This document shows, piece after piece, positions 18,668 through 28,423 of a stretch of DNA of 64,000 nucleotides. How positions within the stretch are numbered: position 1 is the first letter of the stretch; the number at the start of each line of letters is the position of its first letter. A program made the translations under genes and the position numbers. The notes beneath the pieces are model-generated. The model was not told the origin of the DNA, did not search any database, and worked only from the letters and a program-made list of their open reading frames with translations. This DNA comes from an uncultured Acidobacteriota bacterium (GTDB lineage Bacteria; Acidobacteriota; Blastocatellia; Pyrinomonadales; Pyrinomonadaceae): the NCBI GenBank assembly GCA_963734445.1, contig CAVTGZ010000003.1:337341-401340 (forward strand), written 5' to 3'.

Positions 18668-19982
18668 TTACGCTTTGGCGAATACGCTTTTGCCGTTACG
18701 CGCCGCCATCGGCACATACGCTCGCGCGCGCTCGCCGAGATAGACCTGGCGCGGTCGCGCAATCTTCTGATCGGTGTCGTCCAGCATTTCGGCCCATTGC
18801 GCCAGCCAGCCCGAAGTCCGCGGAATCGCAAACAACACCGGGAACATGTCGACCGGGAAACGCATGGCCTGATAGATGATGCCCGGAATAGAAATCGACG
18901 TTCGGATAGAGCTTACGCTTGACGAAGTACTCGTCCTCGAGCGCGATTCGTTCGAGTTCGAGCGCGATGTCCAGCAGCGGATCTTTTCCGGTAACTTCAA
19001 AAACATCGTAGGCGACCTTCTTGATTATCTGGGCCCTCGGATCGTAGTTCTTGTAAACGCGATGGCCAAAACCCATCAGCCGAAACTCGCCGGCCTTGAC
19101 CCGTTTGATGTATTCGGGAACTTTCTTGATCGATCCAATCTCATTGAGCATCCGCAAAACCATTTCGTTGGCGCCGCCGTGAAGCGGACCATACAGAGCC
19201 GCCGCCGCTCCGGCCATTGACGAAAAAGGATCTGTCTGGGCGCTGGCAATGCTGCGCATCGCGTTGGTGCCGCAATTCTGTTCGTGATCGGCGTGCAGGA
19301 TGAACAGCACGCTCAGCGCGCGCTCGAGCACCGGATCCGGCTTGTACTTCAGCTCCGTCGTCTTGAACATCATGTTGAGGAAATTGCCTTCGAAGCTCAG
19401 GTCGTTGTCCGGATATGCATACTGCATTCCGATCCGGTGCCGATAGGCAAAGGCCGCAATCGTCGGCACCTTGGCGATTAGCCGGTAGATCTGTTTCCAG
19501 CGATTCTCTTCGTTGAAAATGTCTTTCGCATCCGGATAGAAGGTCCCCAGCGCACCTAACATCGAGATGAACATGCCCATCGGATGCGCGTTGTAATGAA
19601 AGCCGTCCATGACCTGCTTGATGTTTTCGTTGATGAAAGTGTGATGCGTGATGTTCCACGTCCAGTCTTTCAGTTCCACTTCGGTCGGCAGCTTGCCGTG
19701 CAGCAGCAGGTAAGCAACTTCGAGATAGGTGCTCTTTTCGGCCAACTCATCAATCGGAATTCCGCGATACTCGAGAATGCCCTTGTCGCCATCGATAAAC
19801 GTAATGCGGCTCTTGCACGACGCTGTGTTCATAAATGCAGGGTCGTAAGTCATCAGCCCAAAATCGTCATCGTTGATCTTGATTTTGCGGAGGTCGAGCG
19901 CTTTGATGGTGTCGTTCTCGACCGGTACTTCGTATTGTTTACCGGAACGGTTGTCGGTGATGGTCAACGTATTGCTGCTCAT
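18668..19982 (-). pseudogene. gltA: citrate synthase, frameshifted in this sequence
   Basis: ORF 18696..19982 carries ...LHADHEQNCGTNAMR...GPLHGGANE...GFGHRVYKNYDPRA...[14 protein letters not shown] 18668..19006 (+1) continues [33 protein letters not shown]. The junction is at coding-strand TCC-GGG-CAT (plus CCC 18882..18884). Confidence 0.9.
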
Positions 19983-20109
19983 ATTCGCATCTTGCCTTTC
20001 TGCACGGTTCGCATAAATGGCTTTGCGTCACGCAAACATTCGCGTGACCAAGCCAGGACTTTTCAGCGTTAACGCCTTGAACAAATCAAATTGTCTTTTC
20101 TTCGTGAAC

Positions 20110-20502
20110 CTAGCCCGCCGGAACGACATGTGCTTCGGTCTCGCCGGCGAACTGAAATTCCCGCAACTCAGCGAAATTAGCGATTTGCTCGGTCCGCACG
20201 GTAAAGCTTTTGACCTTCACGCGTTCGGCCGGGGTACAGCGGAACGAGGTCACCAGCTTGCTGGCAATTTCGGCGTTCCCTTTGTAGATGAACGTGCAGG
20301 CTTCACCGCGCATCATTGCTGCATCGTCGTGGACGAACAGGTATTCGCCCTTCAACACGACTCCGTGCACCCGCACCGGCTGAGAGAAATGCATCGTTGC
20401 TTTCTGTTTCTTCATTTCCTGCGGTCCCTTGCTGGCGACCGAGGCCGTACTGCCGACAGCTACTGCAAACAGCAGTGCCGCGAATAAAAACAAACTCTTC
20501 AT
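20110..20502 (-). CDS. secreted hypothetical protein
   Basis: MKSLFLFAALLFAVAVGSTASVAS signal peptide from ATG 20502. No family recognised. Confidence 0.5.
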   Translation of the reverse strand: MKSLFLFAALLFAVAVGSTASVASKGPQEMKKQKATMHFSQPVRVHGVVLKGEYLFVHDDAAMMRGEACTFIYKGNAEIASKLVTSFRCTPAERVKVKSFTVRTEQIANFAELREFQFAGETEAHVVPAG

Positions 20503-20757
20503 GATCTTCTCCTTCTTCAACACCCATTGGCCCCTTGAAGATATCTCGACAGGTGATGTGCAATGAATGTGCCGGGCTCACCCCCATTGATTCCCAAACA
20601 AAACGCGGTACCGGGCGGCAGTATTGCGCAAACTTTCGCATTCGCCGTGGGAAAGGTCGCAGCCCCACGGGGCGTACCCGTGACGCGCTCACCAATTACG
20701 CAGAGTCCCGGGCTGGAATACATCTTGCTCAGAACGCACCGCCAAGCTTGTGAATTG

Positions 20758-21180
20758 ATGAGCAAATCAGAGGTGGCAATTATGGATGGAATGTTACTTC
20801 AAACCGTCGAGGCGTTGGGTGATTCATCTGTCGTCGAGCCGGGCGGCGAAATGTGGGAACTGCTACAAGCGGAAAAGGAAGAGATCTCACGCGAGATTTT
20901 GGCTGAAGGGCCGCTAAGCCGCGACAGTATTCCGGTAAACGAAACTGAGCCTTCCGAAGACTTTGCCCAGTCTTTTGAGTGGCAGCATCGAAGCAAACTG
21001 GAAGAGCGCCTGCGCGCGCTCAACGACGCGCAGGATCGTCTCATCGACGGCGGTTATGGCATTTGCCTCGAGTGCGGCGAGCGCATCGGTTGCAAGCGTT
21101 TGATTGCCGATCCCGCCGTCTCGCTTTGTCTGGCTTGCCAGAAACTGGTTGAAGGCGAACTCTCAGAGCGCGTTCATTGA
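20758..21180 (+). CDS. DksA/TraR-type C4 zinc-finger protein
   Basis: C-terminal GICLECGERIGCKRLIADPAVSLCLACQ preceded by a coiled-coil-like acidic region. ATG 20758 chosen because the upstream part of the ORF is low quality. Confidence 0.7.
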   Translation: MSKSEVAIMDGMLLQTVEALGDSSVVEPGGEMWELLQAEKEEISREILAEGPLSRDSIPVNETEPSEDFAQSFEWQHRSKLEERLRALNDAQDRLIDGGYGICLECGERIGCKRLIADPAVSLCLACQKLVEGELSERVH

Positions 21181-21189
21181 GGGCTGTTC

Positions 21190-22299
21190 ATGACGGACCA
21201 ATTAATTACGATTCAGAAAATGAGTGCTCCGGGACTGGCCGCGCCGCCCACCGCGCTGCACGATGTGCCCGTTCGCTGCCGCGAGCTAAAGCATATGATC
21301 GGCAATACGCCGCTCCTGGCGATCCGCTTTGCTTACCGCGGCCGGCCGCGGGTCATCTATGCCAAAGCCGAGCACATCAACATGACCGGCAGCATTAAGG
21401 ACCGAATGGCTTTTCACATTCTGAAGAAAGCTTATCAGGAAGGACGCATTCAGCCCGGCGATACGATTGCGGAAGCCACCAGCGGCAATACCGGCATTTC
21501 GTTCGCCGCGATTGGCCGCGCTTTGGGCCATCAGGTCGTAATTTTCATGCCGGATTGGATGAGCCAGGAGCGCGTAGCTTTGATCAAAAGCCTGGGCGCG
21601 AAAATTGTTCACGTGCGACGGGATCAAGGCGGCTTCCTGGGATGCATCCGCATGACTGAAGAATTGGCTGAGCACGAGCCCCACATCTTTCTGCCCAAGC
21701 AGTTCACCAACGAGGCAGATGTCGAGGCTCACGAAGAAACCACGGGACCCGAAATTTGGTGGCAACTTTTTTATCATTCGATCAAGCCGGATGCGTTTGT
21801 CGCCGGTGTCGGCACCGGCGGCACGATCATGGGCGCCGGGAAATTCCTCCGTGCGCGCAACCCGAACATCAGACTGCATCCGCTGCAGCCGACTGAATCT
21901 CCGACTCTGACCGTTGGCCGAAAAGTTGGTCAGCACCGTATTCAGGGCCTGTCAGATGAATTCATCCCGTCGATTCTGCAACTCGAAAAGCTGGATTCAG
22001 TCGTCAGCGTTCACGATGGCGACGCCATCCTGATGGCGCAGAAACTGGCGGCGACACTCGGACTGGCCGTCGGAATCTCTTCGGGAGCTAATTTCATCGG
22101 CGCGCTGATGGTGCAGAACGAGCTGGGGGCTGAGGCAGTTGTGACTACCGTCTTTCCCGATGACAACAAAAAGTACCTCAGCACGGATCTTCTGCGCGAT
22201 GAAAAGCCGCAGCCGGATTACCTAACTCCTGACGTCGAGCTGTTGAGCTATCACGCCTTCAAGCGCGTCTGCTACACGTGCTTTGATGGTGAAGGGTGA
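21190..22299 (+). CDS. PLP-dependent cysteine synthase family protein
   Basis: [42 protein letters not shown] and GISSGANF. Start uncertain. Unusual C-terminal tail ending CYTCFDGEG. Confidence 0.85.
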   Translation: MTDQLITIQKMSAPGLAAPPTALHDVPVRCRELKHMIGNTPLLAIRFAYRGRPRVIYAKAEHINMTGSIKDRMAFHILKKAYQEGRIQPGDTIAEATSGNTGISFAAIGRALGHQVVIFMPDWMSQERVALIKSLGAKIVHVRRDQGGFLGCIRMTEELAEHEPHIFLPKQFTNEADVEAHEETTGPEIWWQLFYHSIKPDAFVAGVGTGGTIMGAGKFLRARNPNIRLHPLQPTESPTLTVGRKVGQHRIQGLSDEFIPSILQLEKLDSVVSVHDGDAILMAQKLAATLGLAVGISSGANFIGALMVQNELGAEAVVTTVFPDDNKKYLSTDLLRDEKPQPDYLTPDVELLSYHAFKRVCYTCFDGEG

Positions 22300-22417
22300 T
22301 GTGTCAGAGGCCCGACCGTAAGAGGAGGGCTCCTCAATTCGCCGAGCGACCCTTGGCAATTGCCCGCCTGAATTCAATGTGATAAAAGCCTGTTGATGAT
22401 CTAAGCGCCTTACAAAC

Positions 22418-24418
22418 ATGGACTCCCATTCAAATGCAAAAAGCAGTAACGGAAGAGAGCCTTGGCTTCAAGGCATCGAGGGCGAAGCGCTACCGAAGCT
22501 CATAATGACTGATTCGCATGTGGTTCGCGTGGTTGCGGGACCCGGTTCTGGAAAGACGTTAGGTCTCAAGCGCCGAGCGCTGAGGCTTATTCAGGGTGAC
22601 AAGATCGAGGCGGACAAAATTTTTGTCGGCACCTTCACTCGCGCAATCGCCACCGAACTTGCAAACTCACTTGGGGTCTCAACTACGACTGAGGAAATCA
22701 GTGAAGCAGGCGGAAACATAAGGATCGAGGTTTCGACGCTTCACTCGCATGCGTTGCGGCTTATTCGATCTTATCCGACTGCATGCCCTGGTCGCTCACT
22801 TCGCTTCCTTCTCGGCTACGAACAAGATGTCATGCTTTACGACGTCGGAGAAGGGCTTACAGAACTTCCTAAACAAAGGCAGCGGCGACGAGAACTCAAG
22901 CGAGTTTGCGCCGCGTGGGCCGAAGGTACCGATCTCAAGCTTGCAGGTTTCCTTGGCGAAATGGATCGATGGCTGCGGCGCTACGACGGAATGTTGATCG
23001 ATGAAGTTGTAAATCTGGCACGAGTAGCGCTTGAGGCTGGAGACCTTCCTGTCGGGCAATTCGACCATGTGATTATTGACGAATACCAAGATCTTACGGC
23101 GGCAGAGCAACGTCTTGTTGAGAAGATCTGGTCGGGAAAAGGTTCTCTAATTGTTTTGGGAGACAATGACCAATCAATCTACTCATTTCGTTACAACCAT
23201 CCACGTGGTATCGAAGAGTTCAAAGATCGCTGGAGCAAGGATGAGTTCGAAGACATACCAATCCCGGATAACCGGAGATGTGGCAAAACCATAGTCGCAC
23301 TTGCGAATACCATGATGGCAGAGGCCGGAAGCAAAAAGGCTCCAATGTTGCCAAAGCGACCTGAAGATGGCGAGCTCGCGCTTGTGTACTGGCCATCAGT
23401 CGGAAAAGAGATCAGCGGGCTCTCGAAATATGTGCGCGAGCGTCCGGACACAAAGTTTCTTATCCTCGTATCACGACGATTCATTGGCTACAAGTTGAAG
23501 AAGGCCATTGGCGCAGAGGCGCTAACATCTTTCCATGAAGAAGCGCTCGAATTAGCTCTCTTGCAAGAGCGGTTCGCGCTGGCATCTTTTGTGGCAAATC
23601 CCAAGGATCGGATTGCGCTTCGAACATTGTTGGGATTTAGCGCCGATGGATGTGACTATGGACCAAAGAGGAATGCCAACGCGTATCGTAAAATCGCGGA
23701 CTCACAGCTTCAAGGAGCGGAACTTCTCGATGCCATTGCCTCGGGTCAACTAAAGATTTCTGGAACCGGGAGCAGCCATGTGAAAAGCCGAGCGAAAAAG
23801 GTTCTCGACTTTCTCGGAGCGAATTCCCGGAGTCAGACGGAGTTGTTGGGAGCACTATTTGATCCGAATTTGGCCGCCGCGCTTCAGGACGACGAGGTAA
23901 AGGAGAAAGCACGACGAGATCTCGATCATCTGCGCGATTCCGCAATTTCCATCGGCGCCGAAATGATCGGTAGTGATATAGGAAGAATTCTCGACCAGCT
24001 TCGCTATCGAATTGCGATGCGTATTCCGCTTTCTGAGCCGAAAGAAGCCCGCGTTCATATTATGACTTGCCACGGAGCAAAAGGGCTGGAAGCGGATGTT
24101 GTGATCATCGCTGGGGTGGCTGACCAAATTATCCCCGGTATTTCGTTTGGCGACCCCACTGAAGCGATGAAGCTGCGCGAAGAAGAACGGAGACTGCTGT
24201 ACGTGTCGGTCACCCGCGCGAAACGGGAGTTAGTACTATCGTGGCCACAGAACGTAAAGTATCAAGATGCGACGAGGAATCAAATACGTATTGATCGCGG
24301 ATCCGTCTGGAGACAAGGTGATACGAAATGGGTGAGATTGAGTCGAAGTAAACTCCTGCCAGATATATCGCAGCAGCCAGAGACCGGACAGAGTTGGCTA
24401 AAAAGAAGGCTGAATTAG
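22418..24418 (+). CDS. UvrD/Rep-type SF1 helicase (orphan)
   Basis: Motif I AGPGSGKT, Ia TFTRAIATEL, II VIIDEYQDL, III VLGDNDQSIYSFR, V-like TCHGAKGLEADVVII and VI LLYVSVTRAKRELVLSW. No nuclease domain recognised. Confidence 0.85.
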   Translation: MDSHSNAKSSNGREPWLQGIEGEALPKLIMTDSHVVRVVAGPGSGKTLGLKRRALRLIQGDKIEADKIFVGTFTRAIATELANSLGVSTTTEEISEAGGNIRIEVSTLHSHALRLIRSYPTACPGRSLRFLLGYEQDVMLYDVGEGLTELPKQRQRRRELKRVCAAWAEGTDLKLAGFLGEMDRWLRRYDGMLIDEVVNLARVALEAGDLPVGQFDHVIIDEYQDLTAAEQRLVEKIWSGKGSLIVLGDNDQSIYSFRYNHPRGIEEFKDRWSKDEFEDIPIPDNRRCGKTIVALANTMMAEAGSKKAPMLPKRPEDGELALVYWPSVGKEISGLSKYVRERPDTKFLILVSRRFIGYKLKKAIGAEALTSFHEEALELALLQERFALASFVANPKDRIALRTLLGFSADGCDYGPKRNANAYRKIADSQLQGAELLDAIASGQLKISGTGSSHVKSRAKKVLDFLGANSRSQTELLGALFDPNLAAALQDDEVKEKARRDLDHLRDSAISIGAEMIGSDIGRILDQLRYRIAMRIPLSEPKEARVHIMTCHGAKGLEADVVIIAGVADQIIPGISFGDPTEAMKLREEERRLLYVSVTRAKRELVLSWPQNVKYQDATRNQIRIDRGSVWRQGDTKWVRLSRSKLLPDISQQPETGQSWLKRRLN

Positions 24419-24569
24419 TTGGGAGAGCTCGCGTGTAGGTCTCGGGTCTCACCGATTGAATGCTCGGTCGGGCCACTGCGCCTTCGGACTAAAGTGCTGT
24501 GCTATTCTCACGCCGTCCGCTTTGCGGATTTCATTGCGACTCCAATCATCATTAGGTTAAACTTTGCAC

Positions 24570-24776
24570 ATGACCTCGTACGAAGAAATCCTGGAATCGG
24601 CCAGGCGGCTTTCTTCGGTAGAGCGGTTGCAGTTGGCGGATGCCTTGCTTGCCGAAGAGTTGGGATTTGGCATGTGGCGCGGGCGCGATGATGTTGCCGA
24701 CGCCGAAGGCTATGTGTCGGATCTGCGTGAGGCAGGGATGCGAACACCTGACGGGCTTCAGAAAGAATCAGCATGA
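24570..24776 (+). CDS. small addiction-module-component-like protein, first gene of the hicAB-like operon
   Basis: MTSYEEILESARRLSSVERLQLADALLAE... resembles the putative addiction module component family (TIGR02574-like). Its TGA overlaps the hicB ATG (ATGA at 24773..24776). Confidence 0.5.
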   Translation: MTSYEEILESARRLSSVERLQLADALLAEELGFGMWRGRDDVADAEGYVSDLREAGMRTPDGLQKESA

Positions 24777-24997
24777 AATTACCCAAGCTAACAGCCGTCA
24801 TCGAAAAGGAAGGAAAGTGGTACGTGGCCACTTGTCCCGAGTTAGGCGTCGCCAGTCAGGGCCGAACGAATGAAGAGGCCGAGGCAATGCTTCAGGAGGC
24901 CGTTGCGTTGTTGCTTGAGGAAGCTGATGAAGCGGAAATCAGGCGACGACTGAACCGAGGTGTCAAAGTAAAAAAGCTGGAACTCGCGCATGCCTAG
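24773..24997 (+). CDS. hicB: HicB-like antitoxin (UPF0150 fold only, no DNA-binding tail)
   Basis: KLTAVIEKEGKWYVATCPELGVASQGRTNEEAEAMLQEAVALLLE. Confidence 0.8.
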   Translation: MKLPKLTAVIEKEGKWYVATCPELGVASQGRTNEEAEAMLQEAVALLLEEADEAEIRRRLNRGVKVKKLELAHA

Positions 24998-25211
24998 GCT
25001 GCGTCCACTGTCAGCCCGCGAGGTTTGCAAGATTCTCGAAAGGCATGGCTTTAAGATCGTAAGACAAACCGGAAGTCACATCATTCTCCGTAAAGAACTT
25101 CCCTCGCGAGGGATCACCGTTCCGGTTCCGAATCATTCCGAGATTGCCAAAGGCACGCTGAAGAGCATCATCGATCAAAGCGAGATCCTCAAATCTGAAT
25201 TTCTGAAATAA
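24990..25211 (+). CDS. hicA: HicA mRNA-interferase toxin
   Basis: SAREVCKILERHGFKIVRQTGSHIILRK...VPVPNHSEIAKGTLKSII. Overlaps hicB by 8 nt. Confidence 0.85.
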   Translation: MPRLRPLSAREVCKILERHGFKIVRQTGSHIILRKELPSRGITVPVPNHSEIAKGTLKSIIDQSEILKSEFLK

Positions 25212-25228
25212 CATCGACCAAGAAAAAT

Positions 25229-25259
25229 AGCGCCGCCGAGATGCCTCTCGAGCGGCGCT
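25229..25259. terminator. bidirectional intrinsic terminator between convergent hicA and the Spy-like gene
   Basis: AGCGCCGCCGAG-ATGCCT-CTCGAGCGGCGCT, flanked by AAAAAT upstream and TTTCAAATT downstream. Confidence 0.6.
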
Positions 25260-25295
25260 TTCAAATTAATGCGCGTGGGATGGGGAAACGAATCC

Positions 25296-25799
25296 TCAAT
25301 CCAAAGGCTGGTTCCTTTGACCAAACCGGCCGCGATTGGCCTGCCGGGTCTTGATCAGCTCTTCCAACTTCGCGTTCTGTTCAGCGGTCAGTATGCCGCT
25401 CAACTGGGCCCTCACGTTCTTGCGGTTCTCGAGCATCTGCGCGCGCAGCTGTTTGGCCCGCGCCAAACCGTCGGCCGATAGGGTTCCCTGTCGCCACTGC
25501 TGCGTGAGCTGCCGCAATTCCTGTCGCTGCCCCTGCGTGCTTTGACCATTGGCTTGCATGATCGTGCGCGCCTGCCCCTTTTGCTGATCGCTCAGATTCA
25601 GTTGATGAAGCGCGCGTCCCATGCGGAACCCGGCGCGGGCGCGACGGCGCATGCCGCGGCGCCTCACTCCATCACGGCGCTGCTGCTGTACGGTTTTTGG
25701 CGCTGTGTTCGGTTGAGTCTGTTGCGCCAGAGCCTCGACGCCAAATGATGTCAATCCGAGAACGAGTCCCGTGATAATGGCTTTAGTGCGAAATAACAT
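25296..25799 (-). CDS. periplasmic Spy/CpxP-family (LTxxQ) protein
   Basis: Signal peptide. LNLSDQQKGQARTIM and LTAEQNAKLEELI repeats, and a basic, Q-rich composition. Confidence 0.6.
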   Translation of the reverse strand: MLFRTKAIITGLVLGLTSFGVEALAQQTQPNTAPKTVQQQRRDGVRRRGMRRRARAGFRMGRALHQLNLSDQQKGQARTIMQANGQSTQGQRQELRQLTQQWRQGTLSADGLARAKQLRAQMLENRKNVRAQLSGILTAEQNAKLEELIKTRQANRGRFGQRNQPLD

Positions 25800-25897
25800 T
25801 TCTTTACTCCTTCAATCTCACCGTCAGTCGCGTAGCCCCAAACACTTTTGTGGGCCGCGAACCGTTAGACGCGAGGAGAATGCGGATGGTCTGGAAT

Positions 25898-26110
25898 TTA
25901 CGACTGGTGAAGTTTGCGCGTGGGTTTGATGATCAGAGGATTATCACCCACTGACTTTGTGGACGAGCAGCCACATGATCCACCGCAGGAGGAAGCGCTC
26001 ATTTTCTTTTGCTGCTTAAACGAAGAAATCCGCTTCCAGCCTCGCCAACCAACGTAAGCGAGCGCGGAAGCGCAGACCACTACTGCCAAAATTGTTTGCC
26101 AATCAAGCAT
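25898..26110 (-). CDS. FeoB-associated Cys-rich membrane protein
   Basis: One TM (ILAVVVCASALAYVGW) followed by SSCGGSCGCSS. Lies directly downstream of feoB. Confidence 0.7.
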   Translation of the reverse strand: MLDWQTILAVVVCASALAYVGWRGWKRISSFKQQKKMSASSCGGSCGCSSTKSVGDNPLIIKPTRKLHQS

Positions 26111-26116
26111 TCAATA

Positions 26117-28102
26117 TCACGTAAAGCCAAGCAGGCGCCCGCCCTGAAAAGTGATCAGCGACGCCACGTATGCCAGCACTAACATGTAAGACACCATGAA
26201 AATGGGCCAGCGCCAGGAATTAGTTTCGCGGCGCACAATCGCGACGGTTGACATGCACTGGCAGGCCAGCAGGAAAAAGATCATCAAGGACAGGCCGGTC
26301 AGCGGCGTCCACACGAGCGAACCATCGGCGCGTTTCGCACCGCGCAGCGCGTCAACCAAAGACGAAGACTTGCCGTTGGGATCATCGCCGACGTTGTAGA
26401 CAATGCTCAGCGTTGAAATGATCGTCTCGCGAGCTGCGAATGAGGAAATCAGACCGATGCCAATCTTCCAATCGAATCCGAGCGGGCGGATTAACGGTTC
26501 AATGACACGGCCGGCGCGCCCCGCAAAACTGTTTTGGATTTGCGCGGCCGCTGCCTCAGCCGGCGTCAGCGATTGATTTGAGCCGCCACGCGGAAACGCT
26601 ACCAGCGCCCAAAGCAAAATCGAGATTGCCAGGATCACGGTCCCGGCGCGCTTGAGAAAAATCGAGCAGCGCGTGAACAGTGCATGGGCCACGTTGCCTA
26701 CGTCAGGAAGCCGGTACGGCGGCAACTCCATCACAAACGGCGGGGGCGGGGCGTTCAGAATTGTGTGCTTGAGAATCCAGGCCACGACAATCGCCACCGC
26801 GATGCCGAGTATGTACATCACCAGAATGATGACTGCGCCCAACGAAATTACGCCCAAGACCTTTTGCCCGGAAAAGAAGGCGGCGATGATCAGCGTGTAA
26901 ACCGGCAGTCGCGCCGAGCAACTCATGAATGGCGCAATCATGATCGTCGCGATGCGATCCTTGGGATTTTCGATCGTGCGCGTCGCCATGATTCCGGGGA
27001 CCGCACAGGCAAAACTGCTGAGGAGCGGAACAAAAGCGCGGCCGTGTAAACCCACTGCGCGCATGAGCCGATCCATCAAAAACGCGGCGCGGGCCATATA
27101 GCCGCTGTCTTCCAGAAGCGAGATAAAAAGAAACAGCAGCAGAATCTGCGGCAGGAATGCGAGCACGCCGCCCACGCCGGCAATTATTCCGTCGACGAGC
27201 AAATCGGTGAACACACCCGCGGGCAAGCTGGTGCGCACGAAATTTCCCAGCGCCGCAAAGACATTGGCGATCAAAGTCATCGGCAAACTGGCCCACGAAA
27301 AGATCGCCTGAAAGACGAGCAGCATCACCACTAAAAGGACCAACGGCCCCAGAAATCTGTGTGTGACTACGCTGTCGATGCGTTCGCTGAGGTTGTGTTT
27401 CTCTTCATCCGCGGGTTCGACAGCGTCAGACACGATCCGCTCGATAAAGGCGTAGCGTTTGATTAGATTGGACTGACGTTCCTGCGGCTCCGACTTCCAG
27501 GGGCGGCTTTCTCTCCCTGTCACAGTCGAGGGTAACGCTATCTTCATGACTGCCCGCGCCAACTCGTCGAGACCTCGCCGTTTCTTAGCAACCACCGGAA
27601 TCACCGGCACGCCCAACGCCTCGCTCAATTTCTTCACATCGATTTTGATGTGACTTCGTTCCGCCAGGTCATACATAGTGAGCGCGATGACGATTGGCTG
27701 TTTAGTTTCGATCAGTTGAGTCGCGAGATAAAGATTACGAACCAGGTTGGTAGCGTCGGCCACGATTACTATGGCGTCGGCCTGCTCGATCGAGGCTTGT
27801 CCCAGCAAAATATCGCGCGCAATCTCTTCGTCCAGCGAAGTAGCGTCAAGACTGTACAGCCCGGGCAAATCGATTAGGCGCGCCGGCGGCAGGTCGGGCT
27901 GCAAACTCCATTGCCCGATCTTGCTTTCGACGGTGACGCCTGGATAATTTGCGACTTTTTGTCTGAGGCCCGTCAGCGAATTGAACAGACTGGTTTTGCC
28001 GGCGTTCGGATTTCCAGCAATGGCGATCGTCAATGGCCTGGCCGCTTCGATTGCCGAAGCGTGCGACTCGTTGACCGCTGGCCTGTCCAGAACTGCACTC
28101 AT
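26117..28102 (-). CDS. feoB: ferrous iron transporter FeoB
   Basis: G-domain IAIAGNPNAGKTSLFNSLTG, DLPGLYSL. Polytopic C-terminal permease. Confidence 0.95.
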   Translation of the reverse strand: MSAVLDRPAVNESHASAIEAARPLTIAIAGNPNAGKTSLFNSLTGLRQKVANYPGVTVESKIGQWSLQPDLPPARLIDLPGLYSLDATSLDEEIARDILLGQASIEQADAIVIVADATNLVRNLYLATQLIETKQPIVIALTMYDLAERSHIKIDVKKLSEALGVPVIPVVAKKRRGLDELARAVMKIALPSTVTGRESRPWKSEPQERQSNLIKRYAFIERIVSDAVEPADEEKHNLSERIDSVVTHRFLGPLVLLVVMLLVFQAIFSWASLPMTLIANVFAALGNFVRTSLPAGVFTDLLVDGIIAGVGGVLAFLPQILLLFLFISLLEDSGYMARAAFLMDRLMRAVGLHGRAFVPLLSSFACAVPGIMATRTIENPKDRIATIMIAPFMSCSARLPVYTLIIAAFFSGQKVLGVISLGAVIILVMYILGIAVAIVVAWILKHTILNAPPPPFVMELPPYRLPDVGNVAHALFTRCSIFLKRAGTVILAISILLWALVAFPRGGSNQSLTPAEAAAAQIQNSFAGRAGRVIEPLIRPLGFDWKIGIGLISSFAARETIISTLSIVYNVGDDPNGKSSSLVDALRGAKRADGSLVWTPLTGLSLMIFFLLACQCMSTVAIVRRETNSWRWPIFMVSYMLVLAYVASLITFQGGRLLGFT

Positions 28103-28132
28103 TTGATTGGTGTGAGGAGAAACCGGGAGAAA

Positions 28133-28357
28133 CTAATCCAGGACGACGATAATCGATTTAGCTTCGGCGCGGCGCAACGCGAGATGATAGTTGCGAATGG
28201 AAACCTGGATCGGATCCCCGAGGGGTGCGCTCTTGATGACGCGAACGGAAGCACCCGGCACCAGGCCCATTTCCATCAACCGCAATCCATGGGCTCCGGA
28301 TGCTTCAACTGACGCCACGCGCGCCATAACGTTTCTGGGAATCATATCAAGTGTCAT
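28133..28357 (-). CDS. feoA: FeoA family protein
   Basis: 74 aa, SH3-like: GLRLMEMGLVPGASVRVIKSAPLGDPIQVSIRNYHLALRRAEA. Confidence 0.85.
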   Translation of the reverse strand: MTLDMIPRNVMARVASVEASGAHGLRLMEMGLVPGASVRVIKSAPLGDPIQVSIRNYHLALRRAEAKSIIVVLD

Positions 28358-28404
28358 TGCCTTGTCCTTCTCGGCTACCTGCCGCTGCTCTCTATTCTGC
28401 CAAA

Positions 28405-28423
28405 ATTGAAATTCATTTTCAAT
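28405..28423. promoter_or_regulatory. AT-rich palindrome ATTGAAA-TTCAT-TTTCAAT, candidate Fur-type operator in the feoA/PPO divergent region
   Basis: Perfect 7-nt inverted arms, 48 nt upstream of the feoA start codon. Loosely resembles the Fur box GATAATGATAATCATTATC. Confidence 0.4.

Noticed and set aside
21286-21936. 216-aa ORF on the minus strand
   Set aside because: It is antisense to cysteine synthase. The same reasoning applies to 12646..13314, 7461..8000, 33646..34206, 49461..50072 and 59759..60307.
22300-25260. Integrative element or prophage remnant as the explanation for the helicase/TA islet
   Set aside because: No integrase, recombinase, tRNA target or flanking direct repeats could be found by eye. 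Only the compositional shift supports horizontal origin.
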